Below are positions 37,734 to 51,844 of a stretch of 64,000 bases of DNA, one piece after another. Origin of the DNA: Octopus bimaculoides (lineage: Eukaryota); the NCBI RefSeq assembly GCF_001194135.2, contig NC_068983.1:22282618-22346617 (forward strand), in the 5' to 3' direction. A model generated the notes under the pieces. That model saw nothing but the letters and a program-made list of their open reading frames with translations. It ran no database searches and was not told where the DNA came from. A program made the translations under genes and the position numbers. How positions within the stretch are numbered: the stretch's first letter is position 1; each line of letters opens with the position of its first letter.

Positions 37734-39744
37734 NNNNNNNNNNNNNNNNNNNNNNNNNNNNNNNNNNNNNNNNNNNNNNNNNNNNNNNNNNNNNNNNNNN
37801 NNNNNNNNNNNNNNNNNNNNNNNNNNNNNNNNNNNNNNNNNNNNNNNNNNNNNNNNNNNNNNNNNNNNNNNNNNNNNNNNNNNNNNNNNNNNNNNNNNNN
37901 NNNNNNNNNNNNNNNNNNNNNNNNNNNNNNNNNNNNNNNNNNNNNNNNNNNNNNNNNNNNNNNNNNNNNNNNNNNNNNNNNNNNNNNNNNNNNNNNNNNN
38001 NNNNNNNNNNNNNNNNNNNNNNNNNNNNNNNNNNNNNNNNNNNNNNNNNNNNNNNNNNNNNNNNNNNNNNNNNNNNNNNNNNNAACCATGTATGTATGTA
38101 TATATATATATATATATATGCATGTATGTATGTATATATACATACATACACACTACACAGACATACAGAAGCTAACACATAAATATCATACACACAAATA
38201 CACACACACTCACTAACAGACATACAAAAAGCCAACAATCATAAATATCACGTGTGTGTGTGTCTGTACATACACACATACATACATATATACATACACA
38301 CATACAGACAGAAAGACAGATACATATATACATACACACAGAGGATTGAAAGTATATGCTAGTATACACATACATAGAGAAACAAACTAATATGTAAAAT
38401 ATAAATAAACACAAAACAGACTTTGAATCATATGTACAGGTACATTGTTGTTTCAACAAAGAAAAATTCCTGTTTTAATGTTACATACCAATAATATAGA
38501 GAATCTGATAAGAAATCTTGCTATTTCCATTAGGAACGACCAACAAAAGAAATTATGATATGGCCATCAAGGAGAGCCCAAACAGCATGTTGTTGTTGTT
38601 TAACCCCAGGTTTGCCTTGATTAAGTAAACATTTGATCAAAGCTATTCCAGTCATGACCATCCCGTCTTTTATTCAGCCAGTTTAATTATGACTGCCCTA
38701 TCCCGTGTGTCACTTTTTTAAGACATGTAAGGTGTGATAATGAGGGAGATTTAACTGCTATGTTCAGTGAAATTAAATAAAACCTAATAATGCTGACTAC
38801 TGAGCTAATCAATCAGCCTGTGAAAAATAGCAACCAATCCTTCCTCAAATCACACCTTAATGGTTTAGTATTTCAATTAGCTCTGTCAAAGGTAATAGTT
38901 ATCTATTCACACTGTTTAGAATTAATTGTGCATTTTCTGGTTGTTTTGAGATTTTGACTGGTGTGATTGTTTATTTTTAGATTGGCATTGTAGGATATGT
39001 GTAAGGGGTCAAATCTAGCCAATTTGAACATAAAACAGAGAATATTTAGGCTGGATATGGCCAGTTTAACCTTTAAGTACTCGTTTTACTTTCTTAAATG
39101 TAATGAATTCGCATTGTTTAGAATTAATCATGCATGACTGGTAGAATATTTGGGTCAGATACGGTCAGTTTAAATGCTAAAGGATTAAATATGAAAGACA
39201 TTGGAGAATTCATCTTTGATGTATAATGTGTAAAAGTAAGACAGAATCTTTTTATCTTTTACTTGCTTCAGTCATTAGACTGCAGCCATGCTGGGACACT
39301 GCCTTGAAGAATTTCAATCAAATGAATTGACCCCCGTACTTATATTTTGTAAAGCCTGGTACTCATTCTATCAGCCTCTTTTGCTGAACCACTAAGTTAT
39401 AGGGATACACACACACACACACACACACACAAGAAGCTTGGGTTTCTTTCAGTTTCTTTCTACCAAAACCACTCACAAGCTTTTGGTCAGCCCAAAGCTA
39501 TAAAAGACACTTGCCCAATGTACCACGCAATTGGACTTGGGCCCAAAATATGTGGTTAGGAAACAAAATTCTTATCACACCGTCACACCTGGTCACACAT
39601 AGAATAGCTGTGATCATAGGTCTGCTTATCGAGACTGACCTAGGGTTAAACATGAAAACTGAACCTGTGAAGATAAACACCAACATGATACAACACCTAC
39701 CTACTTCAAACACATGAGGTAATCTCTATATTGCTGCTGAATCT

Positions 39745-39927
39745 GCAAGAAGTAACCCAATCTCTCTCTTAAATCACACACCTCCCGTCACCACAGAAAG
39801 GAAAACCTTGGATTAAGCTGTCCTGTATTCCCCACACATAGGAAAAAATTGGAATAGTCCACAATCGGAATGCTTTTGATCATAGGTCTGCTTGATCGTG
39901 GTTGTTCCGCGGGCTAAACAACAATAA
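39745..39927 (+). mobile_element. Representative of an abundant old (CAA)n-tailed retroposon 3'-end family
   Basis: Motif ..GGAATG(C/T)CTTTGATCATAGGTCTGCTTGATC..GGGCTAAACAACAA recurs at about 8660-8735, 16140-16210, 27600-27670, 37140-37210, 38590-38780 (-), 39600-39650, 55140-55200, 56080-56300 (-) and 59000-59070. The class is not determined. Confidence 0.6.
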
Positions 39928-40093
39928 CTTATCTACTTAACCATTCACCCAAACAAGCAAATACCCTCCCCTGGCATCTAACCAGTCGACCACACCCATC
40001 CACTTCTGACTACAAATCTTCTAACACAGTGTCAAAACCAAACCAGATAGCATTAACCCAGCTCTTTTTTTTTTTTTTTGTGACTCCTACTCC

Positions 40094-40127
<34 letters not shown>

Positions 40128-40544
40128 TACACAGACTGTTCCACATCAATAATGTCTGCAAAGTACAGGAATCTTGGTAGCGTGCAATATTGATCAAAAG
40201 ACAACATTCTGCATGTTTTATAGCATAATCAGTTCTGTGTGGTTATTGCATGATGTAAAAATGGAAGAGAGGAGAGGGAGGCGGGGGGGGGGAGAAGTTC
40301 GTTGTGGTTGCAAGCAGCAGTAGAGGAGACAGCATGAGAAAATGCAAAGGAGATGGGGGCGTGTTCCAAAGAAACAGTCTAGTGCAAATCACTATTGGTG
40401 CTAACCAATTTCATAAAGTGGTGGTGGTGTCTGACAAGACACAAGAATTTAAAATAACAACAATACAATGTGGCAGTGGCAACCAGCAGATGAATGAGAT
40501 TAGGAGCAGGAGTAGGTTGCTGAAAAAAAAGAATAGCTCAGAAG

Positions 40545-40652
40545 AAGAAGAGGAGAGGCAAGTGAAGAGGAGAAGAGGCAAGTGAAGAAGAGGAGAGGCA
40601 AGTGAAGAGGAGGAGAGGCAAGTGAAGAGGAGGAGAGGCAAGTGAAGAGGAA
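40545..40652. repeat. ~20-bp purine-rich minisatellite
   Basis: About five copies of GAAGAGGAG(G)AGAGGCAAGT. Confidence 0.85.
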
Positions 40653-41356
40653 GAATTGAAAGAGTCGTGGGTTAATTAATAACCACCATCATCATTGTCT
40701 AATGGACTGCAGCCTCTACACAGAACATGATGAAGGACTTGCCACCTATCCCATTTCATCAGTTACAGAATCACTGTCTTTCGTGAGTTTTTAATTTCAA
40801 AAGGACGTCCATGGTTCATCCTATCTTGAGCCAGTTTCCAGATGATGAGTACAAAATGGTTAATCGTAGACAAAAACTACACTTGACTACTTATTAATTC
40901 AGAGGGTTCTCCTCTATCAGCTTTGATAATGAACATTCAGCTGTTCGACCGACCTATACCTGTGAAATAATCAACATGTAAGTGGTTGAGTATTCCAAAA
41001 ACAATTTTACCCTTAACATAATTCTCATGCTAAATCATCACGGCACCATATGACAAGATTAGACATTGGAAGCAGTTATTTTCCAGTGGGAGAGAGAAAA
41101 AAAGGGAGTACAACTCTTTACCAAAGTTGACCAAAAGGCACAATTTGAACTCAGAATACAGAATAAATACCATGGTGCACTACGTCCAAAGCTCTAATGA
41201 TTCTGCAAAGACAACCAATGTTCTGGTCAACCTACTGAAGTTGATGATGAGTGAATTAAAGCCATGACTGAATCTGATTGTCATATAACTGTGCGAGATT
41301 GCAGAAAGGCTAAGTGTATCACACACAGTAACTGAAGATCCCTTAAAATGACTTGG

Positions 41357-41743
41357 ACTCATTAACAAGCTCAATATGCATCTCAAACACAGCGAAATCA
41401 ACTTTTTCTTTTTTTTTTTTTTTTTTTTTTTTTTTGTAAAAAAACAAATCATCCCTGGTGATGAAAATGGATTGTCTATAATAACATAAATCAAAAACAA
41501 TCCAAGTGTAATGAACTAGCACAAACCACATCGAAAGCCGAATACATCAGAAAAAGGTCATGTTGTCAATTTGGTGAGATTACAAAGCTTTTGTGCATTT
41601 TGAACTGCTTCCAAGGAACCAAACAATTCAGACGTTTACTGTCAACAACTAATGAAACTATAGGAAGCAATCAAAGAAAAATGGCCAGAATTGGCAAATC
41701 GTACAGGAATCCTGTTCTACCTGACCTTGCACCATCAGATTAC

Positions 41744-41787
<44 letters not shown>

Positions 41788-42028
41788 AAAATTCTTTGAA
41801 TGGCAAAACTTACAATAATGATGATGGCCTGAAATTGCACTTGCTTCAGTTTTTGGCTGATAAGCATCAAAAGTTCTATGAGCATGGAATCATGAAATTG
41901 CCAGAAAGACGGCAAGAGGTCATGAAACCAAGTGAAAAATATATAAATGATTAAAGTTAATTCTTTGTATGAAAAAAATGACTTTTATTTCACACTAAAA
42001 AACCAAAATTACTTTCTTGCCAACCCAA
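41357..42028 (+). pseudogene. Degraded mariner transposase C-terminal half plus 3' TIR (Hsmar1-like end)
   Basis: Frameshifted remnants IPGDE-KWIVYNN (TGDEKW motif), QKKVMLSIW, PDLAPSDY (YSPDL motif) and LQNSLNGKTYNN..FYEHGIMKLPERRQEV..YIND*. The TIR AAAACCAAAATTACTTTCTTGCCAACCCAA ends at 42028. Confidence 0.85.
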
Positions 42029-42062
42029 CACATGCTTTGTACATAAACCCGAAACCTAATAC

Positions 42063-42098
<36 letters not shown>

Positions 42099-42099
42099 C

Positions 42100-42311
42100 A
42101 ATGCAGCAAGCTGGCACAATCATTAGCATGCTGGACAAAATGCTTAACAGTATTTTGCCCATCACTACATTCTGAGCTCAAATTCTGGTGAGGTCGACTT
42201 TACCTTTCATCCTTTCGGGGTCGATAAATTAAGTACCAACTGAATACTGGGATCGATGTTATCAACTGATCCCCTCCCCCGAAAAGGTGCCCTTGTGGTA
42301 AAATTTGAAAC

Positions 42312-42374
<63 letters not shown>

Positions 42375-42605
42375 GGCAGCAAACTGGCAGAACCATTAGC
42401 ATGTCAGAGAAAATGTGTAATAGCATTTCATCTGACATTTTACTTCCTGAGTTTAAATTCCATCGACATCAACTTAGCCTTTCATCCTTTCAGACTCAAT
42501 AAAATAAAGACCAGTTGAGCACTGGAATCAATGTAATCAACTAGCCCCCTCCCCAATAGTTTTAAGCCTTGTTTTAGGATTATTATTACTATTATTATTA
42601 TTATT
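42100..42605 (+). mobile_element. Two head-to-tail SINE family C copies separated by (ATT)n
   Basis: Units GCAAGCTGGCACAATCATTAGC.. (about 42105) and GCAAACTGGCAGAACCATTAGC.. (about 42378), each preceded and followed by ATT arrays. Confidence 0.78.
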
Positions 42606-43415
42606 ATTATTATAGTGGATTGGCAGAATTTATTTGAGCCAAATAGGGTTGGTTTAAATGCTGAACAGTTAAAGAAGAGAAAAGATATAAATCTTGAGTT
42701 TCAATATTTCAGTTATTCAATAAAAGAATTAAGTAATTAATAATCTTCTGTAGCTTTAATTAGTTTATATTTGTGGTCTAAACCGAATATATAACTATCA
42801 TTTCTTTTTAGTATACATTTTTTTTGAATTCAAACACAAAGTGTGACATAATTTTAATTTGCATTAAAGTGTGCCACAATTTTTACTTAGGCAAAATTTA
42901 TAACAAATGCCAACAGAAGAAAGACAGATCATCAATACCATGGCAGTGAAAGCCATGTCATAGAATTCACAGCAGTTCCAAAAGAGATAATGATTATTTT
43001 TTTTTTCATTTATCATTTTTTTTATATATATAGTTTATTTCTTAAAGGGGGGAAAAAAAAATTTTTAAATAGATTTTTATATAAATTTGTTTATGACCCA
43101 AAACCCAGCCACGCCACCCATTATCCACCATGTGTAATTAATGTGGTTAATGTCATAAAGTATTACAATATTAGCAACGAAGCAGCACAAACGATCATAA
43201 TTGGAACAATGTTAGTTTTCTAGACAAAGATCTCATACACATATAAACATGTACATGTATGTATGCATGGGTATATTTACGCTAAACTCGTATGGCTTTC
43301 AGTCAATAAAAGGTGCTTTAAAAAAAAGGAAGGAAAATATATATATATGTATGTATGTATATATACATATATGTATATATATACATACATATATACATAC
43401 ATATATATGTGCATT

Positions 43416-43446
<31 letters not shown>

Positions 43447-43817
43447 NNNNNNNNNNNNNNNNNNNNNNNNNNNNNNNNNNNNNNNNNNNNNNNNNNNNNN
43501 NNNNNNNNNNNNNNNNNNNNNNNNNNNNNNNNNNNNNNNNNNNNNNNNNNNNNNNNNNNNNNNNNNNNNNNNNNNNNNNNNNNNNNNNNNNNNNNNNNNN
43601 NNNNNNNNNNNNNNNNNNNNNNNNNNNNNNNNNNNNNNNNNNNNNNNNNNNNNNNNNNNNNNNNNNNNNNNNNNNNNNNNNNNNNNNNNNNNNNNNNNNN
43701 NNNNNNNNNNNNNNNNNNNNNNNNNNNNNNNNNNNNNNNNNNNNNNNNNNNNNNNNNNNNNNNNNNNNNNNNNNNNNNNNNNNNNNNNNNNNNNNNNNNN
43801 NNNNNNNNNNNNNNNNN

Positions 43818-43867
<50 letters not shown>

Positions 43868-44344
43868 ATGTACATATGCACGTACATATGCATGTGTATG
43901 TACATGTATGTGTGTAAGGAAATTGAATTTTTGTAATAGAAGGAATCAAATTTCCACAAGTGTGTTCTCTTCACTGACATCCTTTAGCACTTGGCAGCCA
44001 TGTAAATCTTTTCTATTTTGCTTTTAATTCAATCTTCAAAAGCCAAAAATATTCATGGCTGCAACTTTTAGTGAAAGAAAAGAGAAGAGAAGAAAGCAGT
44101 GCTGGTGGGGGGGGAAGTGGAGAGAGAGAAAAAAAAGAGGACAAAATAAGACAAAAAAAACGTGAGAAAGGAAAGAAACAAACAAAAAAAGGCATCAAGT
44201 CAACTGTCGTATGATATTAAATCTAGTGAACTTGATTTGGGTAGTGAATTACATGCATGCATACATATTCGTGTGCATGTGTGTGTATGCATATATATGC
44301 ATCTGTCTGTATATGTGTGTGTGTGAGTATATGTATATACATAT

Positions 44345-44379
<35 letters not shown>

Positions 44380-45060
44380 AATATATATATATATATATAT
44401 ATATGAGCATATATACATATTTATAGATACAAAACCACACACAGAGAGATGCAATATAACTGACACTTGAAGTTCACATATACTGAGGAAGCACAATGTA
44501 ATCCAAGAGTCAAAAAAGAAAATGGTAGTTTCAAAGTTCAGACTGCATATTGGCTTGCTGTTGCCCTAGATCCATTTTTTAAAAGAGTTATTTTATTTCA
44601 GATCGACGCGATACATTAAATGAACTGTATCAGAATACAGCACACAAGTAACAAATATATAAGACCACAACGTGTAATGCAATAATATTATTATTAAAAT
44701 ATAATTGAAAAAGAAAAAAGAAATATAGAATAGATGATCAGTTAAATAACTGTTTTATTTCAAAACAAAAGACCGAAGAGGGAAGTAACTCATACATAGA
44801 TTAATTTGGTAGGTGATGTAATAAATGAAGCACAAAATAAAATTTAAAAAACTCTATGAATTGAAATTTGTCTCTAATGTTTAAGGGACAAAAGACATAA
44901 CCCTAGAAAATTATAGTGAGCCACTCTTGGAGAAAAGGGAAGTTAATTTCAAGGACAGTCAATATGAGTTGTTATTTTTAGCTTCAAGTCAAGTGTCACT
45001 AGTCTGTAGAGAAGCATCTGCAAACATTTTGAATAGATTTTTTTACCAGATTGATGTATT

Positions 45061-45400
45061 CATCATAATCATAATTGTTTAACGTCTGCCTTCCATGCTG
45101 GAATGGGCTAAGCGGTTTGACAAGAGGTGGCCAAGCAGAAGACTGCACCATACTTCTGTGTCTGTTTTGGCATGGATTTTACGGCTGGATGCCCTTCCTA
45201 ACACCAACCACCCTGCAGAGTGGACTGAGTGGTTTTTATGTGGCACGAGCACAGGTGAGGTCAGTTTTGGCATGGTTTTTACAACTGGATGCCCTTTCAA
45301 ATGTCAACCACTTTACAGTGTGGACTGAGTGTTTTTTTTTTTTTTTAAGTGGCACTAACACTGGCAGGGTCCACCAAGTAACTTTGCAAGACAAGGAATC
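45061..45400 (-). mobile_element. Diverged GAT-tailed RTE-related 3' end
   Basis: TTTAACGTCTGCCTTCCATGCTGG..GGCTGGATGCCCTTCCTAACACCAACC, with a duplicated internal module. Confidence 0.65.
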
Positions 45401-46236
45401 TTTGCGAGGGGAGGGGACATTGGAGAAGGTGATCTTGGGTCAGATGATCACAGGAACAGATGGAGTCTCCTGTTATAATCAACAGATGAGAGCTCTGCAA
45501 CTTCTTGCTGAACAACTTGTACAGGTGAGTTGTTGATAGCAATCAAATGTTTGCATTGCACATCAGCTTGCTCCCACCATCAAATCAACATTATCTGTAC
45601 AAGTGCATGGTGTGTCACATGTCTTATGTTGAAGTGATCACACAGCAACATGAAATGAAGTGGTTTGCTCAAGAACACAATGTCTCACAATTTTGAGTGC
45701 AACACCTTAACTACTAAGGTATGTGCCTTCACCTTTATCAGATTAACCCATTAGCATATAATCCAGCCATTTCAGGCCCAAATATTCTATGTGTTTCATG
45801 TTAAAACTAACCAGATCCAGCCTCTAGCACCCACACTACAATGTCATTCTAGAAATATACAAACATAGGCGCCATTTAACGAAAACCCTTCAAGGCCGTG
45901 CCCCAACATGGCCGCAGTTCAATTACTGAAACAAGACAGTAGATATATAGTGTGTGACACAAATTTAGAAACTTTGAGAGATACGAAATAAATCATCTGA
46001 TGGTTGAACTTTAAGTACAGCCATAAATAATAATATGTAAATATTGGGTGAAAAAAATCCTTTGGATGGTAAAAGCAATGGTTTCACTTTTAGCCACACA
46101 TATGCACATATGTGTGTGTTAACTTAGAAGCATTTCTGCATCTCTTTAACTAAAGAGATAACACAGAAAAATTTCCAGGTAGTTCAACTGGTCAATCCAG
46201 CAGCATAAGCAGAGTTAGCTAAACAGTTATTCACTT

Positions 46237-46530
46237 TGCCGGTGGCACGTAAATAGCACCTTTCGAGCGTGATCATTACCAGCATCGCCTTACTGGCACT
46301 TGTGCCGGTGGTATTTGGAAAACGACATTTGAGCGACGTCATTGCCAGTGCCGCTGGACTGGCTCCTGTGTAAGTGACATGTAAAAGCACCATTTGAGCG
46401 TGGCCATTGCCAGTACCACCTGACTGGCCCTTGTGCTGGTGGCAAGTAAAAGCACCCACTACACTCTCAGAGTGGTTGGCATTAGGAAGGGCATCCAGCT
46501 GTAGAAACACTGCCAGATCAGATTGGAGCT
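46237..46530 (+). mobile_element. RTE-type LINE 3' UTR fragment with four ~65-bp modules; tail truncated
   Basis: Repeated TGTGCCGGTGGCAC-GTAAAAGCACC modules, then GAGTGGTTGGCATTAGGAAGGGCATCCAGCTGTAG. Confidence 0.78.
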
Positions 46531-46726
46531 ACTGCTGTAATACACAAAACCAGTGTTGGTTTGTTTGTCCCTTCCTCCCTAATTTAACAGGTTGCCAAAA
46601 AACAACTGATACAATACCAGGCTTAAAGAAATACTAGGGTCAATTTGTTCCACTAAACCCTCCAAGTTAGTGCTCCAGCATGGTTACAATCCAATGACTG
46701 AAACAAATACAACATAAATGACACTA

Positions 46727-46788
<62 letters not shown>

Positions 46789-47013
46789 NNNNNNNNNNTG
46801 TGTGAGTGTGTGTGCGTGTGTGTGTGTGTGTGTGTTTATATTGTGCCCTATCCGTTTGGCAATTAGATTTCTACCTAATTACACTATTCAAGGCTTCTTT
46901 AAACATATTTGAGAAAGCCTTTTATTAAATAATCTTACTTTATTCTTGAAACAGCATATCAACAGAAGAAACAACAAGGTAATTTGTTCCATCAGTGTTA
47001 TAGAATACACAAA

Positions 47014-47051
<38 letters not shown>

Positions 47052-48628
47052 AGAGAAGGGGGGGATGGAACTCCCTGATGGAGAAATAAAAATATTTAAT
47101 GCTAAGAAAATGAAATTGTGCGTTAGAGATATAAAAAAAAAAACTAAATTTATTTTGGTTTATTTATATTGAAATATGTATTTTTACAGGTGGGGGAAGG
47201 GGACTTTTCTTCAATGTAAGAGTTTATGAGTGAGGGGGAGAAGGGAAAGTGTGAATGAGTGAATGAGTGAGTGAAAAGAAGGAGTAAAAATGAACAAAAA
47301 CAAATAGAAAGAAATCAGGAAAAAAAAAGAAAAGGGGAAAAGAAAATAAGAATTCAGAAAAAAATAAAATGATTGCCAGAGAGAGAAAGATAGAGAAAAC
47401 GAAAGAAAAAACACACAGTGATAGAAAGAAAGAAAGAAAAATGGGAGGAAGCAAGCAAGAAAAAAAGTAAAGATGAAAAAAAAATAAAAAGGTAAGAAAG
47501 GGGAAATAAGGTGAATATAAAAAAAAAAGAAAGTAAAAAATAAAACAAAATAATGAAAGCAGCATTGAAAGTTGGACAATATTTCTTCCATGACGTCATT
47601 ATATATTTAGACTGGTGTTGTCTGAAAGAGGGGAAAATATTTGGCCCTTGGACACAAGTATCAAAAAAAAAAAAAAAAAAAAAANNNNNNNNNNNNNNNN
47701 NNNNNNNNNNNNNNNNNNNNNNNNNNNNNNNNNNNNNNNNNNNNNNNNNNNNNNNNNNNNNNNNNNNNNNNNNNNNNNNNNNNNNNNNNNNNNNNNNNNN
47801 NNNNNNNNNNNNNNNNNNNNNNNNNNNNNNNNNNNNNNNNNNNNNNNNNNNNNNNNNNNNNNNNNNNNNNNNNNNNNNNNNNNNNNNNNNNNNNNNNNNN
47901 NNNNNNNNNNNNNNNNNNNNNNNNNNNNNNNNNNNNNNNNNNNNNNNNNNNNNNNNNNNNNNNNNNNNNNNNNNNNNNNNNNNNNNNNNNNNNNNNNNNN
48001 NNNNNNNNNNNNNNNNNNNNNNNNNNNNNNNNNNNNNNNNNNNNNNNNNNNNNNNNNNNNNNNNNNNNNNNNNNNNNNNNNNNNNNNNNNNNNNNNNNNN
48101 NNNNNNNNNNNNNNNNNNNNNNNNNNNNNNNNNNNNNNNNNNNNNNNNNNNNNNNNNNNNNNNNNNNNNNNNNNNNNNNNNNNNNNNNNNNNNNNNNNNN
48201 NNNNNTGCTTGCCAACTGATGCTGGAGTGTTTGCATCCCTGTAACTTGGCAGTTCGGCGGAAGAGACCAATAGAATAAGTATTAGGCTTACAAAGAATAA
48301 GCTCTGGGGTCGATTTGCTCGACTATAAAGGCGGTACTCCAGCATGGCCACAGTCAAATGACTGAAACAAGTATAAGGAAAAAAAAAAAAAAAGACCATT
48401 ATTTAGCATTCATCTTCCATGCTGGACAGTTTCACAGGAGCCAGCAAGCCCTAGGACTGCACCAAGCTCTGCTATCTGCTTTGGCATGGATTCTACTGTT
48501 GGATGCCCTTCCTAACACCAACCACTTTCCTAAAATTCATATGGAATAAGTTAGTTATACTGCTACAATACACAAAACATTCAAATTTTTTATACAATTC
48601 CCAAATAACATTTAAATATTTTTTTTAA

Positions 48629-48851
48629 CCCTTTAGCACTTAAATCTGCCATTTCAATTCAAAATATTCTACTGGTTTTATGATTGAACCAGCCAGATCT
48701 GGCTTGTCATATCTACCCAACAATGCCATTCTAAAATTTAACAGCTACATCATCACAATCTGAAAGCTGCAAAATAATGCATAGTGGCTAATTCAAAACA
48801 ATGTAAATATATACGTATCGCTTCTGGCAGAGTAATCTGAATGTTAAGAGG
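48629..48851. mobile_element. piggyBac-like MITE, second complete copy, opposite orientation to 6272-6490
   Basis: TTAA|CCCTTTAGCACT ... AATGTTAAGAGG|TTAA. Confidence 0.72.
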
Positions 48852-50545
48852 TTAAACACTAAATGACTATGAAGGTTCACCGAAGTATGACAGGAATCAA
48901 AAAGAAGCCATACGTAAAAAATGGTTAAGAAGCACTGATACAGACAAATAAAGTTTGCATTGCGATCACAAGGACCTTCTGGGTTTGATCTCACCGTGTG
49001 GCATCTTTGGCAAGCATTTTCTACCATAGCCTCAGATCAACCCAAGCGTTGTCAGTGAAACTGGATGGATGGAAATTGTGTGGAAACCTCTCAGATGGAC
49101 TGTAGCAGTAATCTAATGAGCTAGTCTGGTGACAAACAATTCTGTTTGAGAATAACATTAAGTGTACACATAAGTTTGTGGAGTACTCAGACACTTAGTA
49201 ACTGAGTATTTCAGGTAGTTCAGTTGTAGTTCAGCTGATCAAACAAATGAAAACACAGTGTTGAAACATTTACCTCACGCATGCATGCATGCACACACAT
49301 ATATATACAAAAGTGTTTTAGAAAAGTTTAATACAGAGAATGAAGTAGCATTCATTATTTAACCCCCCCCCCCCCGGGCAGAAAAACACACACACACACA
49401 CACACACACCACTTTCAACACTTAAGCTACATCATATAGATGACAACGGCGATGTCATCACCTTCAGTCGTAGTCAGTAATCGTTCTCTTTCTCTCTCTC
49501 TAAATACAATGCAAAGTACCACTTATGACCATTAAGCTTCACGCAAAAAAGAAATATGGATAAGTATATCTATTCAGTCGTGGGCTCTTTCCAGTCAAAG
49601 GTCACACAAAAAAGAAAAATTATAATAAACAATTTATTGTTCTGAACAACAAAGATTTATAAAGTCAAAAAAAAAACAAATTGCTCTAAGGTTTAGAAAA
49701 GTTGTTGAAGTATGTAAAGTTAAGCTTAAATATAAGCCATTCATCCTGTCTGGCTGTGTAGTAAGAAGTTTACTTTTTAATCACATGGACTTGAGTTCAA
49801 TTCCACTGTGTGGTACCTTGGGCAAACCACTAAGTTACAGGGACAAAATCAAGCCAACAACGGTAGTCAAGCAATGGGGTGGGGAGACACCAAGACACAT
49901 GCACGCAAATACTTTATTTATACACACACACACACACACACACACAAAGGGCTTCCACACAGTTTTTGTTTACTACATTCACTCACAAGGCATTGGTTAG
50001 TCTGGGGCTATAGTAGAAGACACTTGCTCAAGATATCATAAAGTGGGACTGGAAACTAAAATTGCATGATTGCAAAATAAGCTTCTTAACCACACAGCCA
50101 TGGTGCATGGAGAGAAAGTGACTCATACTAAATGTGTGTGTGTGTGTGTGTGCGTGCACATGCACATGCCTAGGTGTGTGTTGTGTTTGTTTACATATGT
50201 GCTTCTTTGGAAATAGCTGAGCGACAAGTGTTGGTGATGTTGTCATTTCCCCCTTAATAAATCATTCATTAACCTTACGCCTTCAAAGATATACAAAGAA
50301 GAGATCCATTGTTGATAAAACAATGAGCATGTGGCTGTAAAACAATGCCTCAGCAATGGATTCACCAAACCCATGCTAGCATAGAAAAACAGACATAAAA
50401 AAGTACATAAAAAGCTACAAATAATTTATTATTAATAATTCATTATTTATAGCATCATATGTACTTTGAAAATCGATTCTCAAAAAGAATTATTCCATGC
50501 CCTCTCAAAAGTTTATAAATTCTTATGCCATCAATAAAGGAATTA

Positions 50546-50591
<46 letters not shown>

Positions 50592-50965
50592 ATAGGTACA
50601 GGAGTGGCTGTGTAGTAAGTAGCTTGCTTACCAGCCACATGGCTCCAGGTTCAGTCCCACAGTGTGGCACTTTTGGCAAGTGCCTTCTACTATAGCCTCA
50701 GGCTGACCAAAGCCTTATGCATGGATTTGGTAAACGGAAACTGAAAGAAGCCCATCATATATATTATGTTATGTGTGTGTGTTTGTGTTTGGCCCCCCAC
50801 CATCACCTGAAAACCAATGGTGGTGTGTTTACGTCCCCATAACTTAGCGGTTCAGCAAAAGAGACCAATATAATAAGTACTATGCTTACAAAGAATAAGT
50901 CCTACGGTCAATTTGTTTGACTAAAGGCAGTGCTCCAGCATGACCGCAGTCAAAAGACTGAAACA

Positions 50966-50970
<5 letters not shown>
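50592..50970 (+). mobile_element. Full-length SINE family A
   Basis: tRNA-like head AGGTACAGGAGTGGCTGTGTAGTAAG..GGTTCAGTCCC, core ..GGAAACTGAAAGAAGCCC, tail CCAGCATGACCGCAGTCAAAAGACTGAAAC. Confidence 0.82.
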
Positions 50971-51004
<34 letters not shown>

Positions 51005-51414
51005 TGCATGTGTGTGTGCGTGTGTAAGTTCATGATAGCATTAGTTAGAACCAGGAGAAATTAAACTACACAGAGTAGAAGAGACAAAACTAGAAAGCAA
51101 ACAAAAATGAAATAAAACAGAGAAAATAAAATTAATTGCTTTGAAAAAAGTAATTACTGCATCCAAAAGTACATCTTAATTGTGACAGTATATTACCTGA
51201 AAGGAGAGGGAAAGAGATGAAGTGATGGAGGTATGTGTATGTGTGAACACATGCACACGTTTTGTTGTTATTTAACCTCAGGTAATACCTGATTAAGCAG
51301 ACTTAGGATCAAAGAGATTCCACCTTGATTCCCCTAATTATTTCTTAGCATTGTGTTTCTCAGATTACATTATCCAATGTGTCTCTCACACCTCCTTTGT
51401 AAAAATGGATACAT

Positions 51415-51840
51415 CATCATCATCATCATCGTTTAACGTCCGCTTTCCATACTAGCATGGATTGGACGATTTGACTGAGGACTGGTGAAACCAGATGGCT
51501 ACACCAGGCTCCAATCTGATCTGGCAGAGTTTCTACAGCTGGATGCCCTTCCTAATGCCAACCACTCCGAGAGTGTAGTGGGTGCTATTACGTGCCACCG
51601 GCACATGGGCCAGTCAGGTGGTACTGGCAACGGCCACGCTCAAATGCTGTTTTTACATGCCGCCTGCACAGGAGCCAGTCCAGGGGCACTGGCAATGACC
51701 TCGCTCGAATGTTTTTTCACGTGCCCCCGGCACAAGTGCCAGTAAGGAGACGCTGGTAACGATCACACTCAAATGGTGCTTTTTACATGCCACCGGCACG
51801 GAAACCAGACAGCTGCTCTAACAATGATCACGCTCGGATG
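51415..51840 (-). mobile_element. RTE-type LINE 3' UTR with multiple ~65-bp modules and (GAT)n tail
   Basis: CATCATCATCGTTTAACGTCCGCTTTCCAT..GCTGGATGCCCTTCC.. followed by four GTGCCACCGGCAC-type modules. Confidence 0.82.
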
Positions 51841-51844
51841 GTGC

